In this document: piece by piece, positions 27,650 through 37,432 of the stretch
Numbering within the stretch: the first letter of the stretch is position 1
Layout of the letters: each line of letters starts with the position of its first letter
Origin: an uncultured Alphaproteobacteria bacterium
Lineage (GTDB): Bacteria; Pseudomonadota; Alphaproteobacteria; UBA7985; CAJQQZ01
Reading direction: 5' to 3'
Assembly: GCA_905480575.1 (NCBI GenBank)
Contig: CAJQQZ010000030.1
Span: forward strand, 3,521 to 67,520
Length of the DNA stretch: 64,000 bases
Position numbers and translations under genes: made by a program
The notes under the pieces: generated by a model
Told to the model about the DNA's origin: nothing
Database searches by the model: none
Seen by the model: the letters and a program-made list of their open reading frames with translations, nothing else

Positions 27650-28258
27650 ATGACGTCCACCGATCAGTACACCACTGACGTCGCTTTCACCAAGTCGGTA
27701 AAACAGGTTCAAGAAAAATTAGGCAGCAGAGCCATGATGGAACGGCTCGAACAAAGTGAACGTTGGCAGACAACGGTTACACCTGACCTCGCTAAGTTCC
27801 TCCAGGCCCGCACCTCCATCTACCTGAGTACCGCTAGTGCCGACGGTCGCCCCTACATGCAACACCGCGGTGGTCCACCTTGCTTTATTCGCATTGTTGA
27901 TGAAAGAACGCTGGAGTTTGACGATTACCCAGGGAATCGACAGTACATCACGCTTGGGAACTTAGCCGAGAACGACCAGGTTCTCATCTTTGCTATGGAC
28001 TATGAGCAGAAACAACGAATCAAGCTTTGGGGCCGGGCTAAGCTGGTTGATCTGCCTGAACCCAAAAAGGCATTTGGCGCGACACAAGTCATAAGAGTCC
28101 TGCAGTTCGAAATCGAAGCCTGGGATGTAAACTGCAAATCTTATTTGCCAGATTTCTATCGCCGCGAAACCGTAGAGCTTGCGACCAAGAAAATGGCAGC
28201 TAGGATAGCCGAGCTAGAAACCGAAGTCGCACGGTTGCGAGACGCACTGAAAAGATAG
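27650..28258 (+). CDS. Pyridoxamine 5'-phosphate oxidase family protein
   Basis: YLSTASADGRPYMQHRGGPPCF, DYPGNRQYITLGNL, RIKLWGRA. Confidence 0.87.
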   Translation: MTSTDQYTTDVAFTKSVKQVQEKLGSRAMMERLEQSERWQTTVTPDLAKFLQARTSIYLSTASADGRPYMQHRGGPPCFIRIVDERTLEFDDYPGNRQYITLGNLAENDQVLIFAMDYEQKQRIKLWGRAKLVDLPEPKKAFGATQVIRVLQFEIEAWDVNCKSYLPDFYRRETVELATKKMAARIAELETEVARLRDALKR

Positions 28259-28273
28259 AAGGAAGAAATCAGT

Positions 28274-28663
28274 ATGTTTGCCCATGTATCGCTGGGAGTA
28301 AGCAACATAAAAAGGTCGCTCGCCTTCTACGACCCGGTGATGGCGACGTTGGGTTACGATCGACTTTTTGGCGCTGAGGAAGAAGAATTTATGGCCTATG
28401 GTCCAGAGGATTCATTTTTCATCATAAATCGCCCGTTGGAAGAAGAACGAGGTGAACCTCAAGCGACGAACGGCACACACATTTGCTTGAAAGCACCAAG
28501 TAAAGAAGCCGTCGACGAATTCCACAAAAGCGCATTGGAGCAGGGCGGGACTAGCAACGGCGAACCAGGCATCAGACCTCAGTACAATGCCACATACTAC
28601 GCGGCGTTCATTTTGGACCCCGATGGTCACAAGATAGAAGCTCTTTTTCACTTAGAAAGCTGA
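28274..28663 (+). CDS. VOC / glyoxalase family protein
   Basis: HVSLGVSN..RSLAFYD, NGTHICL, YYAAFILDPDGHKIEA. Confidence 0.9.
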   Translation: MFAHVSLGVSNIKRSLAFYDPVMATLGYDRLFGAEEEEFMAYGPEDSFFIINRPLEEERGEPQATNGTHICLKAPSKEAVDEFHKSALEQGGTSNGEPGIRPQYNATYYAAFILDPDGHKIEALFHLES

Positions 28664-28750
28664 CGTTCTCAAAAAGGCCATGACTGCGCCGCAAATTTGA
28701 CTGACAAGGTCACGAAGTTGGAAGGCCCTCACCAATGCAGAGCCTTTTAA

Positions 28751-29356
28751 ATGATCCTTGTACGTTTAACCTTGATTCTTACCTGTTTGAGTTTACTCTT
28801 TCTCGCGCCCAAATTCAGCGCTGCAAATCAATTCGGACTTGCTCTGGCAGACGCCGCCGAGCAACAAGTCGGTGTCACGGTTACCTATGATCCGAGTTAT
28901 GTTTCTATCCCCTTTCCTGGCGGTGACATTCCACGAGACAAAGGCGTATGCTCCGATGTGTTCATCAGAGCGCTTAGAGATGCCCACCAGATTGACCTCC
29001 AGCAAAGAGTCAATACTGACATGAAAAAGGCATTCTCTCGTTATCCCAAAACATGGGGGCTAAAATCTACAGACACATCCATTGATCATCGCCGAGTTTA
29101 CAATTTACAAAGATTTCTGGAGCGACAGGGTTTTTCTCTGCCGGTCAGCTCAGATGCTAACGACTATCTTCCTGGTGATATTGTCACATGGATGCTGCCT
29201 GGTAACTTGCCTCATTTGGGTTTGGTTTCCGACAAAAAGTCCCTCTGGAGCGATCGATATTTGGTTATCCATAATATTGGAGCTGGTACACAAATAGAGG
29301 ACCGTCTTTTCGACTTTGACGTTAAGGGTCACTATCGCATCACCCAAACCTTCTAG
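28751..29356 (+). CDS. DUF1287 (YijF-like) exported protein
   Basis: YDPSYVSIPFPGGDIP..KGVCSDVFIRA, DTSIDHRRVYNL, PGDIVTW, HLG, VIHNIG. Confidence 0.88.
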   Translation: MILVRLTLILTCLSLLFLAPKFSAANQFGLALADAAEQQVGVTVTYDPSYVSIPFPGGDIPRDKGVCSDVFIRALRDAHQIDLQQRVNTDMKKAFSRYPKTWGLKSTDTSIDHRRVYNLQRFLERQGFSLPVSSDANDYLPGDIVTWMLPGNLPHLGLVSDKKSLWSDRYLVIHNIGAGTQIEDRLFDFDVKGHYRITQTF

Positions 29357-29446
29357 ACATTCAAAGCTGCAAGGTTCCTTAACTTTTTGCATGGCAGCAA
29401 AATTTGTTGTTAAACTGCGAAGTGCTGCAAAAAGGAGAAGAGTTCG

Positions 29447-30046
29447 GTGTCACAATCTGAAATCCTAAATGTTCCTGCAAGATGTGGTCGTGCTGTTCAC
29501 CTCAAAGCCGGTCAATCGTTGAAAATCATCAACACTCACGGCCATCAGGTTGTCGACTTCTGGGCTTTCAATACCGAAGACATGAGCGAGTTCCTGTCCA
29601 TGGAGCATTTAAGAGCCACGCTCGGCACGATCTTCCCTCAAGCAGGGCAAGGCCTGATTTCCAACCGCCGACGCTCGATCATGGATTTTGCCGAAGATAC
29701 CTCACCCGGTGTTCACGACACGGTCATGGCCGCCTGTGACACCCATCGCTACGCCTCCTTAGGCTGCACTGAGTACCACGACAACTGTACCGACAACTTG
29801 AAAGCAGCAATGAAAGCCATTGGTCTAGGCACTCCCGAGGTTCCCAGCCCCTTCAATATTTGGATGAACATCCCCGTTGGACCTGACGGTTCCACCAGTT
29901 GGGAAGCGCCAGTGTCGAAAGCCGGAGATTACGTTGTTTTGAAGGCCATGATAGATGTCGTCGCTGTCATGTCTTGCTGCCCGCAGGATCTAGTTCCAGT
30001 CAATGCCGGTGCGCCCACGGAAGTTCACTATCAAGTTCTAGATTGA
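29447..30046 (+). CDS. Urea carboxylase-associated family protein (DUF1989)
   Basis: GHQVVDFWAF, DTSPGVHDTVMAACD, HDNCTDNL, PFNIWMN, SCCPQD. Confidence 0.88.
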   Translation: MSQSEILNVPARCGRAVHLKAGQSLKIINTHGHQVVDFWAFNTEDMSEFLSMEHLRATLGTIFPQAGQGLISNRRRSIMDFAEDTSPGVHDTVMAACDTHRYASLGCTEYHDNCTDNLKAAMKAIGLGTPEVPSPFNIWMNIPVGPDGSTSWEAPVSKAGDYVVLKAMIDVVAVMSCCPQDLVPVNAGAPTEVHYQVLD

Positions 30047-30347
30047 TTTCATGTATGGCGCTACGTCCGTGTAAGATGTCTGGAAGCAAAATTTCTTTAG
30101 TTTCGAATCATGCGTTGTTCGCTACTAAAGCAACCCATCTAATATCTTTTTATCTGATAGAGAGATTTGGACAGTCCATTAGAATCGTAAAGCTTAAAAC
30201 CCTTCTGGAACAACCGGAAGCCATTTGTAAGTGAAACGCTTGCGTAATTGTTTGATATAACATCAGTTTTCTTTGACGGTGATTCAACGAAAAAAGAAAT
30301 TGCGTTAGAGTTTCATCACGGATGTTTAGGACCTAACGCCTAGAAAC

Positions 30348-30375
30348 AAAAAAGGGCCAGTCGAATGACCAGCCC
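30348..30375 (-). terminator. Intrinsic terminator of etfBA
   Basis: Minus strand GGGCUGGUC-AUUC-GACUGGCCC-U6, 24 nt after the etfA stop. Confidence 0.75.
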
Positions 30376-30399
30376 TCTCTCAAATTCATGTAGAATTGG

Positions 30400-31332
30400 T
30401 TAGTCGAGTGCAGCGTCCAATTCAGGGACCGCATCAAACAAATCAGCAACAAGACCGTAGTCAGCAACCTGAAAAATAGGTGCTTCTTCATCTTTGTTGA
30501 TCGCTACGATGACTTTAGAGTCTTTCATACCAGCCAAGTGCTGGATAGCGCCAGAAATACCAACAGCGATGTAGAGGTCAGGTGCAACCACCTTACCTGT
30601 CTGACCAACCTGGTAGTCGTTAGGCACATAACCGGCGTCAACCGCAGCACGAGATGCACCCACAGCAGCGCCAAGTTTGTCAGCAATCTTGTCCAGCATA
30701 GCGAAGTTTTCGCCATTCTGCATACCTCGACCACCTGAGATAACGATCTTAGCAGATGTCAATTCTGGACGGTCAGAAGATGAAAGCTCTTCACCGACAA
30801 ATGAAGACATGCCCGCATCACCCGCGCTTGAGAATGCCTCAACAGTGGCAGAGCCACCTTCCGCAGCCGCCGCTTCAAATGACGTCGCACGTACTGTCAC
30901 GACCTTCACAGAATCAGTAGACTGGACAGTTGCGATAGCGTTACCAGCGTAGATTGGACGCTCAAAAGTATCAGAAGAAACGATTGCTGAAATGTCTGAA
31001 ATTGGCTGAACATCCATCAAAGCACCAACACGTGGCAGCAGGTTTTTGCCGTATGTGGTGGCTGGAGCAAGCACGTGTGTCATGCCTTCCGCAGCGGCAA
31101 CAACCGTTGGCGCAATGTTTTCAGCAAGGCCATTACCAAGCTCAGCAGCGTCAGCATGAAGAACTCTCGAAACACCAGCAACTTTAGCCGCTTCTTCAGC
31201 AACAGCAGCGGAACCAGAACCCGCAACCAAAACCGCGATGTCGCCACCGATTTCGGCAGCAGCAGCAATTGTGTTCAACGTCGCTGGCTGAAGCGCAGCA
31301 TTGTCATGATCTGCAACAACTAGAATGCCCAT
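30400..31332 (-). CDS. etfA: Electron transfer flavoprotein alpha subunit
   Basis: [47 protein letters not shown]. Confidence 0.97.
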   Translation of the reverse strand: MGILVVADHDNAALQPATLNTIAAAAEIGGDIAVLVAGSGSAAVAEEAAKVAGVSRVLHADAAELGNGLAENIAPTVVAAAEGMTHVLAPATTYGKNLLPRVGALMDVQPISDISAIVSSDTFERPIYAGNAIATVQSTDSVKVVTVRATSFEAAAAEGGSATVEAFSSAGDAGMSSFVGEELSSSDRPELTSAKIVISGGRGMQNGENFAMLDKIADKLGAAVGASRAAVDAGYVPNDYQVGQTGKVVAPDLYIAVGISGAIQHLAGMKDSKVIVAINKDEEAPIFQVADYGLVADLFDAVPELDAALD

Positions 31333-31334
31333 GA

Positions 31335-32084
31335 TTATATCACCTTTGCTTCGTTCTTGAGTTTATCAACCAGTTCAGCAACAGAACCAACGATCACGCC
31401 AGCTGCACGGGCAGCAGGCTCTTCAACCTTCACTGTGTTCACACGTGGTGTTGTATCCACGCCGAGATCAGCAGGAGTCATCGCATCGATTGGCTTCTTC
31501 TTTGCCTTCATGATGTTTGGCAGCGACGCATAACGAGGCTCGTTCAAACGAAGATCAACAGTCAAAACAGCAGGAAGGTTGATTTTAACATTCTCAAGAC
31601 CCGCATCAACTTCACGAGTGATCGTCGCTTCGCCGTCACCGACTTCGAGATTCGAAATGAATGTACCTTGTGGCCAACCCATCAGCGCGGAAAGGATCTG
31701 GCCAGTTTGGTTGTTGTCGCCGTCAATGGCTTGCTTGCCAACGATTACGATGCCAGGCTCTTCTTTCGCGATCACTTCTTTCAGAAGTTTTGCAATCGCA
31801 AGGGGCTGAAGCTCATCATCAGTGTTAACGTGAATGCCACGATCCGCGCCCATAGCGAGTGCAGTACGGATAGTTTCCTGACACTGCTGGACACCAAGAG
31901 AAACCGCAATCACTTCGCTGGCTGTACCAGCTTCTTTCAAGCGAATGGCTTGCTCAACTGCAATCTCGTCAAAGGGGTTCATTGACATCTTGACGTTTGC
32001 CAATTCAACGCCTGACTGATCGGGCTTAACGCGTATTTTCACGTTGTAATCAACAACGCGCTTAACGCAGACCAAAACTTTCAT
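31335..32084 (-). CDS. etfB: Electron transfer flavoprotein beta subunit (start ATG 32084)
   Basis: [51 protein letters not shown]. Confidence 0.97.
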   Translation of the reverse strand: MKVLVCVKRVVDYNVKIRVKPDQSGVELANVKMSMNPFDEIAVEQAIRLKEAGTASEVIAVSLGVQQCQETIRTALAMGADRGIHVNTDDELQPLAIAKLLKEVIAKEEPGIVIVGKQAIDGDNNQTGQILSALMGWPQGTFISNLEVGDGEATITREVDAGLENVKINLPAVLTVDLRLNEPRYASLPNIMKAKKKPIDAMTPADLGVDTTPRVNTVKVEEPAARAAGVIVGSVAELVDKLKNEAKVI

Positions 32085-32226
32085 TTCTAGTCCTTTCGGG
32101 GATGATAAGAAAAAGCCCTCGGGAAAAGCTACACGTTGTCCGTTGGGCACCTCAATTTGGCGCGGACACTAGGAGGGGTCTTAAAGTGAGTCAATACTAT
32201 CCGCGACGTTGCGATATAAATTCGCG

Positions 32227-32796
32227 TCAGCGATTGGCACCTGGCACCCAAAGAACGTCGGAACGGCCATTATCGTTGCAAATTCTGGACAAAACAAAGA
32301 ACAAGTCGGACAATCTGTTTAGGTAACGCACAACCTCTCGGTTGATCTCTTCTTGATCAGACAATTCCACGACAAGGCGTTCAGCCCTCCGAGTCACCGT
32401 TCTCGCCATATGCAGATAAGATGCCGCCGCTGAGCCGCCAGGTAATATAAAAGATTTCAGCGGCTCTAGCTTGTCATTGAAATCATCGATCTCTTTTTCA
32501 AGGCGCTCTGTTTGGGCTGAAGTCACCCGCAGAGGCTCGTATCCCAGATCAGGAGCATCGGGAGTACAAAGATCCGCACCAACGTCAAAGAGATCGTTTT
32601 GAATCAAGGATAACAAGGCATCTAAGCGCTCGTCGTTCTGAGTATGCAAGCGCACGAGCCCCAGAACCGCGTTGGCTTCATCAACTGTTCCATAGGCGGA
32701 AACACGGAGGTCATATTTAGCGACGCGCACTCCAGAACCAAGAGAGGTTTTCCCTTTGTCGCCGCCCTTAGTGTAAATTCGAGTAAGCTCAACCAT
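32227..32796 (-). CDS. Cob(I)alamin adenosyltransferase, PduO type
   Basis: IYTKGGDKGKT, AYGTVDEAN, IQNDLFDVGADL, FILPGG, RTVTRRAER, YLNRLSD. Confidence 0.93.
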   Translation of the reverse strand: MVELTRIYTKGGDKGKTSLGSGVRVAKYDLRVSAYGTVDEANAVLGLVRLHTQNDERLDALLSLIQNDLFDVGADLCTPDAPDLGYEPLRVTSAQTERLEKEIDDFNDKLEPLKSFILPGGSAAASYLHMARTVTRRAERLVVELSDQEEINREVVRYLNRLSDLFFVLSRICNDNGRSDVLWVPGANR

Positions 32797-32806
32797 GAAA
32801 TGACCT

Positions 32807-32995
32807 TTAAGAACTTGCTTTCACAAGTAAAAGCGCAACAACCAAAGCAATCGTTACGAACTGAGAGATGACACGCGCGCGCATGAGAAGATTTGACTTC
32901 TCGCTCCCTCTCGCCATGGACACGAGCCCTAGCAGCAGAATCCCAATTGTGATCACTAATGCCGCAAAGACGAGGATCGTTAAAACAGTTTCCAT
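32807..32995 (-). CDS. Twin transmembrane helix small protein (HIG1-like)
   Basis: Two hydrophobic helices around SNLLMRARVISQ; typical position upstream of the PduO-type gene and etfB. Confidence 0.82.
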   Translation of the reverse strand: METVLTILVFAALVITIGILLLGLVSMARGSEKSNLLMRARVISQFVTIALVVALLLVKASS

Positions 32996-33014
32996 TTCAG
33001 CTCCAATTTCGACG

Positions 33015-33374
33015 CTATGTCGATGAGGTCAATGTAAGGGTGAAGTCGGATCTTTCCATTGCGACATCGCGCAGCATATCAACGATGCGCACCCAGTCGC
33101 CGCCCAGACGGTCCTCGGCATTTTTGATGTCATACCAATGAACTTCAATCGGTCCCTCAACCATTCCAGTCAAGAAGTCATAGACTGCATCTAGATTTTT
33201 TCCAGCCCAGTCTTCGGCACCCAGTTGGTCATAGATTGATTGGTAGACCTCTTGTCTGGTTTCGAAAGAAGCATCTAAACGGCAGACATTCGCTTTGGTC
33301 TCTGTGCCAGTTGGTGTGAGTGGATTTTCTACAATTGGGGGCTCATCCTTAGAGCCAAACGGCCACCATCTCAT
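33015..33374 (-). CDS. Barstar-family ribonuclease inhibitor
   Basis: LGAEDWAGKNLDAVYDFLTG.VEGPIEVHW matches the barstar G.NLDAL.D.LTG pattern; ATGA overlap with the upstream RNase. Confidence 0.87.
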   Translation of the reverse strand: MRWWPFGSKDEPPIVENPLTPTGTETKANVCRLDASFETRQEVYQSIYDQLGAEDWAGKNLDAVYDFLTGMVEGPIEVHWYDIKNAEDRLGGDWVRIVDMLRDVAMERSDFTLTLTSST

Positions 33375-34087
33375 CTTGTTGGATCCACTTTATGAAATGA
33401 GTCATAATGATCAACCGTTAACCATTGCAGCCATCTGTTCTTACTATTCTTGACGAACACAAGCCGTTTGGCACCACGACGGTCGCCGTCAAAATCGACG
33501 TCTGCTTCAATGAATTGACCAACATTCTTTGGTAAACGACCTTCATAGTTACCGAAGCGATTGCCGCCGATGGAATGGCCTGGCGAAGAATTCCAGAGAT
33601 CGCGGCCGCGGCTCCAACCACGATCTTCCGCTTGACGCTTTGTCAGATAACATTTCGGCAGACGACCGGTTTTGTTCACTGTGTTGGTGACATTCACGAA
33701 GGTATAAGGATATTGCAGGCGATAGCGCTTTGCCATCGAAAGGAGTTTCTTATCGAAAGCTCCTTTGATCCGAGGTGCACTGCCGCAGATACCTTCGTCT
33801 CGGTAACCATAGTTATCCTTATTAACCTTTTGCTTCGGTTCCGCTTTTGCTACCTCAATCTTTTTAGCAGGTTTCTTCTTTTCAACTTTTTTGACGACAG
33901 TTGTTTTGACCGGCTCTGTTTTAGCGGGCTGTTCAACTTTTTGAACGGCTGGCTGGGCCGGAGCTGTCGCCTGAATTTGGTTTGTTTGTTCGCCACCGAT
34001 AAGCTGCTGAAGCTTATCCAAGTTACCGGTCGCAGCAAAACCACCGACAATGAGTAAACCCACTACTATCGAAAGAATTTTCTTCAT
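33371..34087 (-). CDS. Barnase/N1-family ribonuclease with N-terminal hydrophobic anchor/signal and Q/P/K-rich linker
   Basis: LPKCYLTK..A...GW, PGHSIGGNRFGNYEGRLP, EADV, RGAKR, DHY; barnase catalytic Lys, Glu, Arg and His equivalents present. Confidence 0.9.
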   Translation of the reverse strand: MKKILSIVVGLLIVGGFAATGNLDKLQQLIGGEQTNQIQATAPAQPAVQKVEQPAKTEPVKTTVVKKVEKKKPAKKIEVAKAEPKQKVNKDNYGYRDEGICGSAPRIKGAFDKKLLSMAKRYRLQYPYTFVNVTNTVNKTGRLPKCYLTKRQAEDRGWSRGRDLWNSSPGHSIGGNRFGNYEGRLPKNVGQFIEADVDFDGDRRGAKRLVFVKNSKNRWLQWLTVDHYDSFHKVDPTR

Positions 34088-34230
34088 CGCTCTTCAGTTC
34101 TCCAAATCTTGGGCTTGCGGCATCGGTTCTATCCGCGAGATATATTTTATTTGAGGTAAACAAAGCAAGTCATTGACCAAAAAAGAGTGGGTGACCATAA
34201 AGCGAGAACTTCAAACAAAGAGATTAGATC

Positions 34231-35457
34231 ATGAAGGTTTCACCACTCGCGCCTAAGAAATTCCCTGCAATGCCTCCCATTCCTGGTGTGGAAATGCTGA
34301 CGGTCCAGTCTGGCATGAAATACCAAGGGCGAACGGATGTCCTGCTTGTGCGATTGGCTAAAGGCTCAACCATTGCTGGTACTTTCACGAAATCTTTGAC
34401 CGCTAGCGCTCCTGTTGAATGGTGCCGAGAACAAGTCATCAAAGGCGACGTCTCAGCCATCATTGTGAATGCAGGTAATGCCAACGCCTTCACTGGATCG
34501 GCTGGTGTGAAGTCAGTAGAAGAGATGGTCTCCACCGCTTCTGAAACCGTCAACTGCGACCGGGATCAAGTCTTCGTGGCATCAACAGGCGTTATCGGCG
34601 AACCACTGCCAGCGGATATCATCGACCGTGCCGTGAAGGCCGACGCAGGTGCCTTTCAATCAAATGACTGGCAAGCCGCTGCTCAAGCCATCATGACCAC
34701 GGACACTTTTCCAAAGGGTTCCACTAAAACTGTTTCCATCGACGGTACGCCGGTTAAAATTTGTGGGATAGTCAAAGGCAGCGGAATGATCGCGCCGGAC
34801 ATGGCCACTATGCTCGGTTTTGTTTTTACCGATGCCGCTATCCCAGCACCCATTCTTCAGAAAATGCTATCTGACGTCACAAACAAGTCCTTTAATTCCA
34901 TTACTGTCGATAGTGACACCTCCACCAGCGATACGGTTTTGTTGACTGCGACTGGCCAAGCTAGCCACACGGCGGTCACATCAATCAATGACGCCCATCT
35001 GTCCGCTTTCAAAAGAGCTTTAAAAAACGTCTGCATCGATCTTGCTCAACAAATCGTGAAAGACGGAGAAGGCGCTAGCAAGTTCATTACTATCGATGTG
35101 ACGGGTGCTAAATCCCAAAAAGCCGCACGTCGTATTGCTTTGGCCATCGCAAATTCGCCTTTGGTGAAAACCGCGATTGCTGGCGAAGATGCCAATTGGG
35201 GTCGTATCGTGATGGCAGTCGGCAAGTCCGGCGAGAAAGCAGACCGCGATGCTCTAGAAATTTCTATCGGGGGTCGCCAGATCACCGAAGGCGGCAAAGT
35301 CGTCGAGGGCTATGATGAAACACCCGTTGCTGAGCATATGAAGCATCAAAAGATCGACATCACAGTTGATGTTGGCGTTGGTCGTTCGAAGGCGCGGGTC
35401 TGGACCTGTGATTTGACCCATGGCTATATCGAAATCAACGCAGACTATCGGAGCTAG
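34231..35457 (+). CDS. argJ: Bifunctional ornithine acetyltransferase / N-acetylglutamate synthase
   Basis: NAGNANAFTG, STGVIG, KGSGMIAPDMATML, DSDTSTSD, DGEGA, SPLVKTA, INADYRS. Confidence 0.97.
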   Translation: MKVSPLAPKKFPAMPPIPGVEMLTVQSGMKYQGRTDVLLVRLAKGSTIAGTFTKSLTASAPVEWCREQVIKGDVSAIIVNAGNANAFTGSAGVKSVEEMVSTASETVNCDRDQVFVASTGVIGEPLPADIIDRAVKADAGAFQSNDWQAAAQAIMTTDTFPKGSTKTVSIDGTPVKICGIVKGSGMIAPDMATMLGFVFTDAAIPAPILQKMLSDVTNKSFNSITVDSDTSTSDTVLLTATGQASHTAVTSINDAHLSAFKRALKNVCIDLAQQIVKDGEGASKFITIDVTGAKSQKAARRIALAIANSPLVKTAIAGEDANWGRIVMAVGKSGEKADRDALEISIGGRQITEGGKVVEGYDETPVAEHMKHQKIDITVDVGVGRSKARVWTCDLTHGYIEINADYRS

Positions 35458-35462
35458 CAGCG

Positions 35463-36449
35463 GTGCGGGACTATCCTTCATTTCAAACGGAAAGACTGAA
35501 ACTTCGCCCATTACGAGCCGAAGACAAGGCTTACTTAGAGGAGATTTGGTCTTTCAATGAAATAGCCGAGTGGAGTAAGTCCATTCCGTACCCATTGCCT
35601 GACAACTTTGCAGAAGCTTATTTATCAAAGAAGATTGAAGCACGAGATAAAGGCGATTTCGTTTGTTACATTCTCGAGCGGAAAGATAACCAACAAGTCA
35701 TTGGCTACGCTGACATAATTTTTGAGGAAGACGAGGCCACGCCTGAAGTCTCGTTTTTCCTCCACCCCGATCAACATAGCCAAGGCTACATGAGCGAAGC
35801 GATCACCAATTTGCTTGCCCTTGCATTTGATCACTACGACATCGAACAGTTCTGTGCTTATGCGCGCGTTGAAAACACGGCTTCCCAACATCTAATGGCC
35901 AAGCTCGGCTTTGTTTGCGAGCGAGAGTTTCTTGATAACGAGTCCGTCCGTGGCGAAGAAATGATCCGTCGTTTCATCGTAACTAAGCAGGCCTTTCAAT
36001 CTGTCCGATTGAGGGCGGGCTGTGCGGGGGCAAGTGGGCCGGCGTTGGAGATACCAACCGTTTTGGTGTCTGCTGTTGTACTGGTGGATGCTGATGATCG
36101 AATTCTGTTGGCTCAACGCCCAGAAGGCAAGTCCATGGCTGGTCTTTGGGAGTTTCCAGGCGGCAAAGTAGAACCTGGCGAAACTCCTGAAGCCGCCCTT
36201 GTAAGAGAACTTGATGAAGAGCTCGGCATATCAACAAAGAACTCCTGCCTGGCTCCCTTTACTTTTGCCAGCCATTCCTATCCCAAATTCCATCTTCTGA
36301 TGCCGCTTTATGTTTGCCGCATCTGGGACGGCACACCTGAACCGCGTGAGGGTCAACAATTGGCCTGGGTCCGGTCTAACAAACTGCGCGACTATCCAAT
36401 GCCACCCGCGGATGAACCCTTAATCGCGATGATCCGGGATTTTCTTTGA
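35463..36449 (+). CDS. mutT: RimJ-type GNAT acetyltransferase fused to MutT-like 8-oxo-dGTP diphosphatase
   Basis: N-terminal TERLKLRP...GYMSEA..ENTASQHLMAKLGF; C-terminal Nudix box WEFPGGKVEPGETPEAALVRELDEELG and PMPPAD. Confidence 0.9.
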   Translation: MRDYPSFQTERLKLRPLRAEDKAYLEEIWSFNEIAEWSKSIPYPLPDNFAEAYLSKKIEARDKGDFVCYILERKDNQQVIGYADIIFEEDEATPEVSFFLHPDQHSQGYMSEAITNLLALAFDHYDIEQFCAYARVENTASQHLMAKLGFVCEREFLDNESVRGEEMIRRFIVTKQAFQSVRLRAGCAGASGPALEIPTVLVSAVVLVDADDRILLAQRPEGKSMAGLWEFPGGKVEPGETPEAALVRELDEELGISTKNSCLAPFTFASHSYPKFHLLMPLYVCRIWDGTPEPREGQQLAWVRSNKLRDYPMPPADEPLIAMIRDFL

Positions 36450-36451
36450 AA

Positions 36452-37369
36452 TCACGAAGGTTTGGCGGGACCATTTAGATTTTGTTCAAAGGAACCCAGT
36501 GCGTCCGCTAATCGTGACTTTGCGGAGCCCGGCCGAAGCGGTTTTTGCTGGGAGGCATCTGGCCGCCAACCCGTCAAAAACAGAATGTCAAAGATGACAG
36601 GCAAACGACCTTGTCCGTCTTTTTGACTTTCCAGTTTTGACAACCCTGCCATCAGAACTGAACGAGCGGTTAGGTGTTTTATGCCTTGCGTTAAGGCCGC
36701 TGTTTCACCCATCCCTCTCAGATCGTGCAAAAGTTTTAATCCGGAGCCATAAGAAACAGAAATACGGTCGAGGTCTGCAACCGGGAGAGCAAATCCTGCC
36801 CGCTGCAACAAAGCAGCGGCTTCCCGCAAATCCAACACTGGCGAGAATCGAGGGCTGGCACCGCCTGTCACATCCATCTCTGCTTCCAGGAAGGCATTAC
36901 GGACAGTGGCTAGGCTTTCACCGCCAATCATGGAGGCTAGGAAAAGCCCATCGGGTTTGAGCTTGTGTCCGACTTGCAAAAAACAGCCCGGTAAATCGTT
37001 CACCCAATGAAGAGCCAAGTTCGAGATTATCAAATCGAATTCTTGGTCTTCGAAGTTGAGGTGTTCTTCATCTATTGCCGCAGCAGGCAGACCTGTGTTT
37101 TGTGCCGCGCGCTCTACCATCCTCAAAGAGAGATCACATTGGACAATCCGAGCATTCGGCATCTGCCGTTGGACAAGCTTGGTGAGATAGCCTCTTTTGC
37201 AGCCCAAAATTAAAATCGAAGAAAAATCTCGTTTGATATCCAACAGTCGATCGGCCAAGCGTTCGGCAACTTCCTGCTCCAGAAAGTCATCAAACTTGGC
37301 ATCTCGTGCCGCGCGGTCACGGTGCAAACGAACGAGGTTTCTGTCGAAGGGTTGTTGCAAATGGGTCAT
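36452..37369 (-). CDS. BioC-like / NDUFAF5-like SAM methyltransferase
   Basis: FDRNLVRLHRDRA, DEEHL.F, SNLALHW.NDLPG, LLQRAGFALPVAD, DLRGMGE, QQKPLRPGSA. Confidence 0.88.
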   Translation of the reverse strand: MTHLQQPFDRNLVRLHRDRAARDAKFDDFLEQEVAERLADRLLDIKRDFSSILILGCKRGYLTKLVQRQMPNARIVQCDLSLRMVERAAQNTGLPAAAIDEEHLNFEDQEFDLIISNLALHWVNDLPGCFLQVGHKLKPDGLFLASMIGGESLATVRNAFLEAEMDVTGGASPRFSPVLDLREAAALLQRAGFALPVADLDRISVSYGSGLKLLHDLRGMGETAALTQGIKHLTARSVLMAGLSKLESQKDGQGRLPVIFDILFLTGWRPDASQQKPLRPGSAKSRLADALGSFEQNLNGPAKPS

Positions 37370-37432
37370 GGAGCCTCTCATGCCAGCTGTCATTGTTCTT
37401 TGACAAGGAAAGAATCATGTTAGCTTTCAACT

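Noticed and set aside
30076-30234. Possible 52-aa ORF in the AT-rich gap between DUF1989 and etfA
   Set aside because: No SD, no recognisable motif; treated as non-coding.
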